From assembly GCA_963662545.2 (NCBI GenBank), contig CAXXLL010000002.1, positions 1,440,001-1,504,000 of the forward strand: a stretch of 64,000 bases of DNA, given 5' to 3'. Shown here one piece after another: positions 62,320-64,000 of this stretch; position 1 is the first letter of the stretch, and each line of letters opens with the position of its first letter. Both the position numbers and the translations under genes were made by a program. The notes under the pieces were generated by a model. It saw only the letters and a list, made by a program, of their open reading frames with translations. It had not been told where the DNA came from and did no database searches. Source of the DNA: Gammaproteobacteria bacterium (GTDB taxonomy: Bacteria; Pseudomonadota; Gammaproteobacteria; Ga0077536).

Positions 62320-63345
62320 ATGAAATTTGGAATCATGTACGATTTCCGTAATCCGGAGCGGTGGCACATTCCGGAACCTGTGTTCTATCGAGCGATGCTC
62401 GAGCAAATGATCGACGCGGAAAAACTCGGCTTCGATCACATCTGGCTGACCGAGCATCATTTTACCGAAGATGCGTACAACCCGGCGTCCTTGTCGATGG
62501 CCGCCGCCATTGCCGCTGTGACCGAGCGAATTCGTATCGGGACTTTCATCCTGCTAATGCCTTTCATCGATCCGGTACGTGCGGCGGAAGACGTAACGCT
62601 GGCGGACATCCTGTCGAACGGCCGGTTCGATCTCGGCGTTGGGCAGGGCTATACCCATGACGAATTCAACGCTTTCTGCATCGATCGCAAGGAACGCGCG
62701 CCCCGCATGGTCGAGGGCATCGAGTTGATGAAGCGCCTGTTTACCGAGGAGCGGGTCACCTTCGACGGGCGCTTCACACAGACGAAGAATATGACGCTCA
62801 CGCCGAAACCCGTGCAGAAACCCCATCCGCCACTATGGATCGGCGCGCGCGGCCCAAAGGCGACGCGACGTGCGGCGGAACTCGGTGCAAACTTGATGAC
62901 CACGCTGGGCCCCGATCCCGCTCCGCACTATATCGAAACCCTGAAATCACTCGGCAAGGACCCGGCCGGGTTCAAGATCGCGCAACTGCGCATGGTCTAC
63001 TGTGCCGAGAATGAAGACCAGGCCTGGGCAGACACCCAGGAACACCTGTGGCATGTGTTCGGATATTACGCGCGCGTCTTGAGCGAAGCCGCCGACGTCG
63101 AAGGCGATGATGTGCCACTCCCGATCGATGGTCCGGAAGACATCCGCCACTCCGCTCTGGCAAAAACCAGCGTCCTCATCGGCACGCCCGACCAGGTTGC
63201 AGAGAAAATCGAGCAGTTTTGCAACGATTACACGTGCACGGATTTTATACTGTCTTCACACTTTGCCGGGATGGACCCGAAAAAGAGCAGTGCTTCTAAC
63301 GCGCTGTTCGCAAAATACGTCATGCCGAGGTTTGCTAACGCTTGA
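62320..63345 (+). CDS. LLM-class flavin-dependent oxidoreductase
   Basis: WLTEHH, DILSNGRFDLGVGQGY, PKPVQKPHPP. Confidence 0.93.
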   Translation: MKFGIMYDFRNPERWHIPEPVFYRAMLEQMIDAEKLGFDHIWLTEHHFTEDAYNPASLSMAAAIAAVTERIRIGTFILLMPFIDPVRAAEDVTLADILSNGRFDLGVGQGYTHDEFNAFCIDRKERAPRMVEGIELMKRLFTEERVTFDGRFTQTKNMTLTPKPVQKPHPPLWIGARGPKATRRAAELGANLMTTLGPDPAPHYIETLKSLGKDPAGFKIAQLRMVYCAENEDQAWADTQEHLWHVFGYYARVLSEAADVEGDDVPLPIDGPEDIRHSALAKTSVLIGTPDQVAEKIEQFCNDYTCTDFILSSHFAGMDPKKSSASNALFAKYVMPRFANA

Positions 63346-63546
63346 GTGTCTGTAAAGCCGTTATCGGGGACACCTAGAAACATTTTTCCAGGGAATGCAT
63401 GCATATAAATTAGTGGCTCCCACGGGACGGCGTATCGACGCCTGGCACTGCGGGGTATGGGCGGCGAGTGTTCGCTTTCACATGGGTTGTGGGCGAATCG
63501 TTCGAGTTTTTTGTGTTCCCTGGGTTAGACGACAGTGCTGGGCTGC

Positions 63547-63576
63547 AAAAAAAACGGGCCGTAAAGACGGCCCGTT
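63547..63576 (-). terminator. Intrinsic terminator of the DUF1329 gene
   Basis: AACGGGCCGT-AAAG-ACGGCCCGTT with an A8 run (U tail on minus strand). Confidence 0.8.
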
Positions 63577-63611
63577 CAATATGTGGGTAGAAAGTCTTTT
63601 AGGCGAAGCGC

Positions 63612-64000
63612 TTAGCGACCCTCGGTCAGATAGTTCACGTCCATGGTCCGCTTGACTGCCGTGAACTTCGGGAGGGGGTAGCTGTTGCCGAAACAAGGTA
63701 TTAGAGTCCCACGGTTGTTCTGGTGGTCGATCACATTGATGCTTTGGAAGCTCGGCACGCGCACCCCCGGCGGCGTTACCTTTGCGCCATGGGATTCTGC
63801 GACGGACCGGAAATCCGGAGCTTCCGTCCAGCTTTTCGACATTTGCCAGGTTTTCCACAGTTCGCCAGCGTGGTCGAATGCATTCGCATAGAAAGCCATT
63901 GTCGTCTGCTTTTCCAGATACAGGAATTTTTCTTTATACGGATGAGCCGCGGACACCGGTATCTGGTTTATGACCCAGTAGTCACGCAGCTGCCAGTCGT
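63612..64000 (-). CDS. DUF1329-family protein, C-terminal part (runs off the window)
   Basis: DWQLRD, HPYKEK..Y, FDHAGELWK, terminal YLTEGR. Confidence 0.7.
   Translation of the reverse strand, partial: DWQLRDYWVINQIPVSAAHPYKEKFLYLEKQTTMAFYANAFDHAGELWKTWQMSKSWTEAPDFRSVAESHGAKVTPPGVRVPSFQSINVIDHQNNRGTLIPCFGNSYPLPKFTAVKRTMDVNYLTEGR

Overview
This is a GC-rich bacterial chromosome segment, probably from a gammaproteobacterium (inferred from gene content). It carries ordinary metabolic genes (pntAB, molybdopterin oxidoreductase, hydantoinase B, Rieske oxygenase, LLM monooxygenase, MscS, GGDEF, hsp20, pcm) mixed with heavily eroded accessory modules for cell-surface proteins. Main accessory features: (1) A TpsB-FecR-TpsA two-partner-secretion operon (4.6-18.5 kb) in which every gene is broken, by three IS insertions and a frameshift, with a nested ISL3::IS66 just upstream. 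The FecR and TpsA proteins both end in an acidic tail with a lone Cys. (2) Cargo modules bordered by diverged leftover copies of neighbouring gene 3' ends (histidine kinase/methyltransferase at 3.1-3.9 kb; hsp20 at 32.3 kb). (3) Two dead REP-associated HUH transposases (RAYT) with AAAGGTG-core repeats and stuttered scars, one of which brackets a cargo gene. (4) Two PEP-CTERM genes with the same sigma54 plus TGT-N11-ACA promoter architecture. (5) A DUF1538 membrane protein paired with a triple PII-like protein. Six IS elements have readable terminal IRs and target duplications. No rRNA, tRNA or CRISPR array was seen. Family names come from motif recognition, not from database searches.
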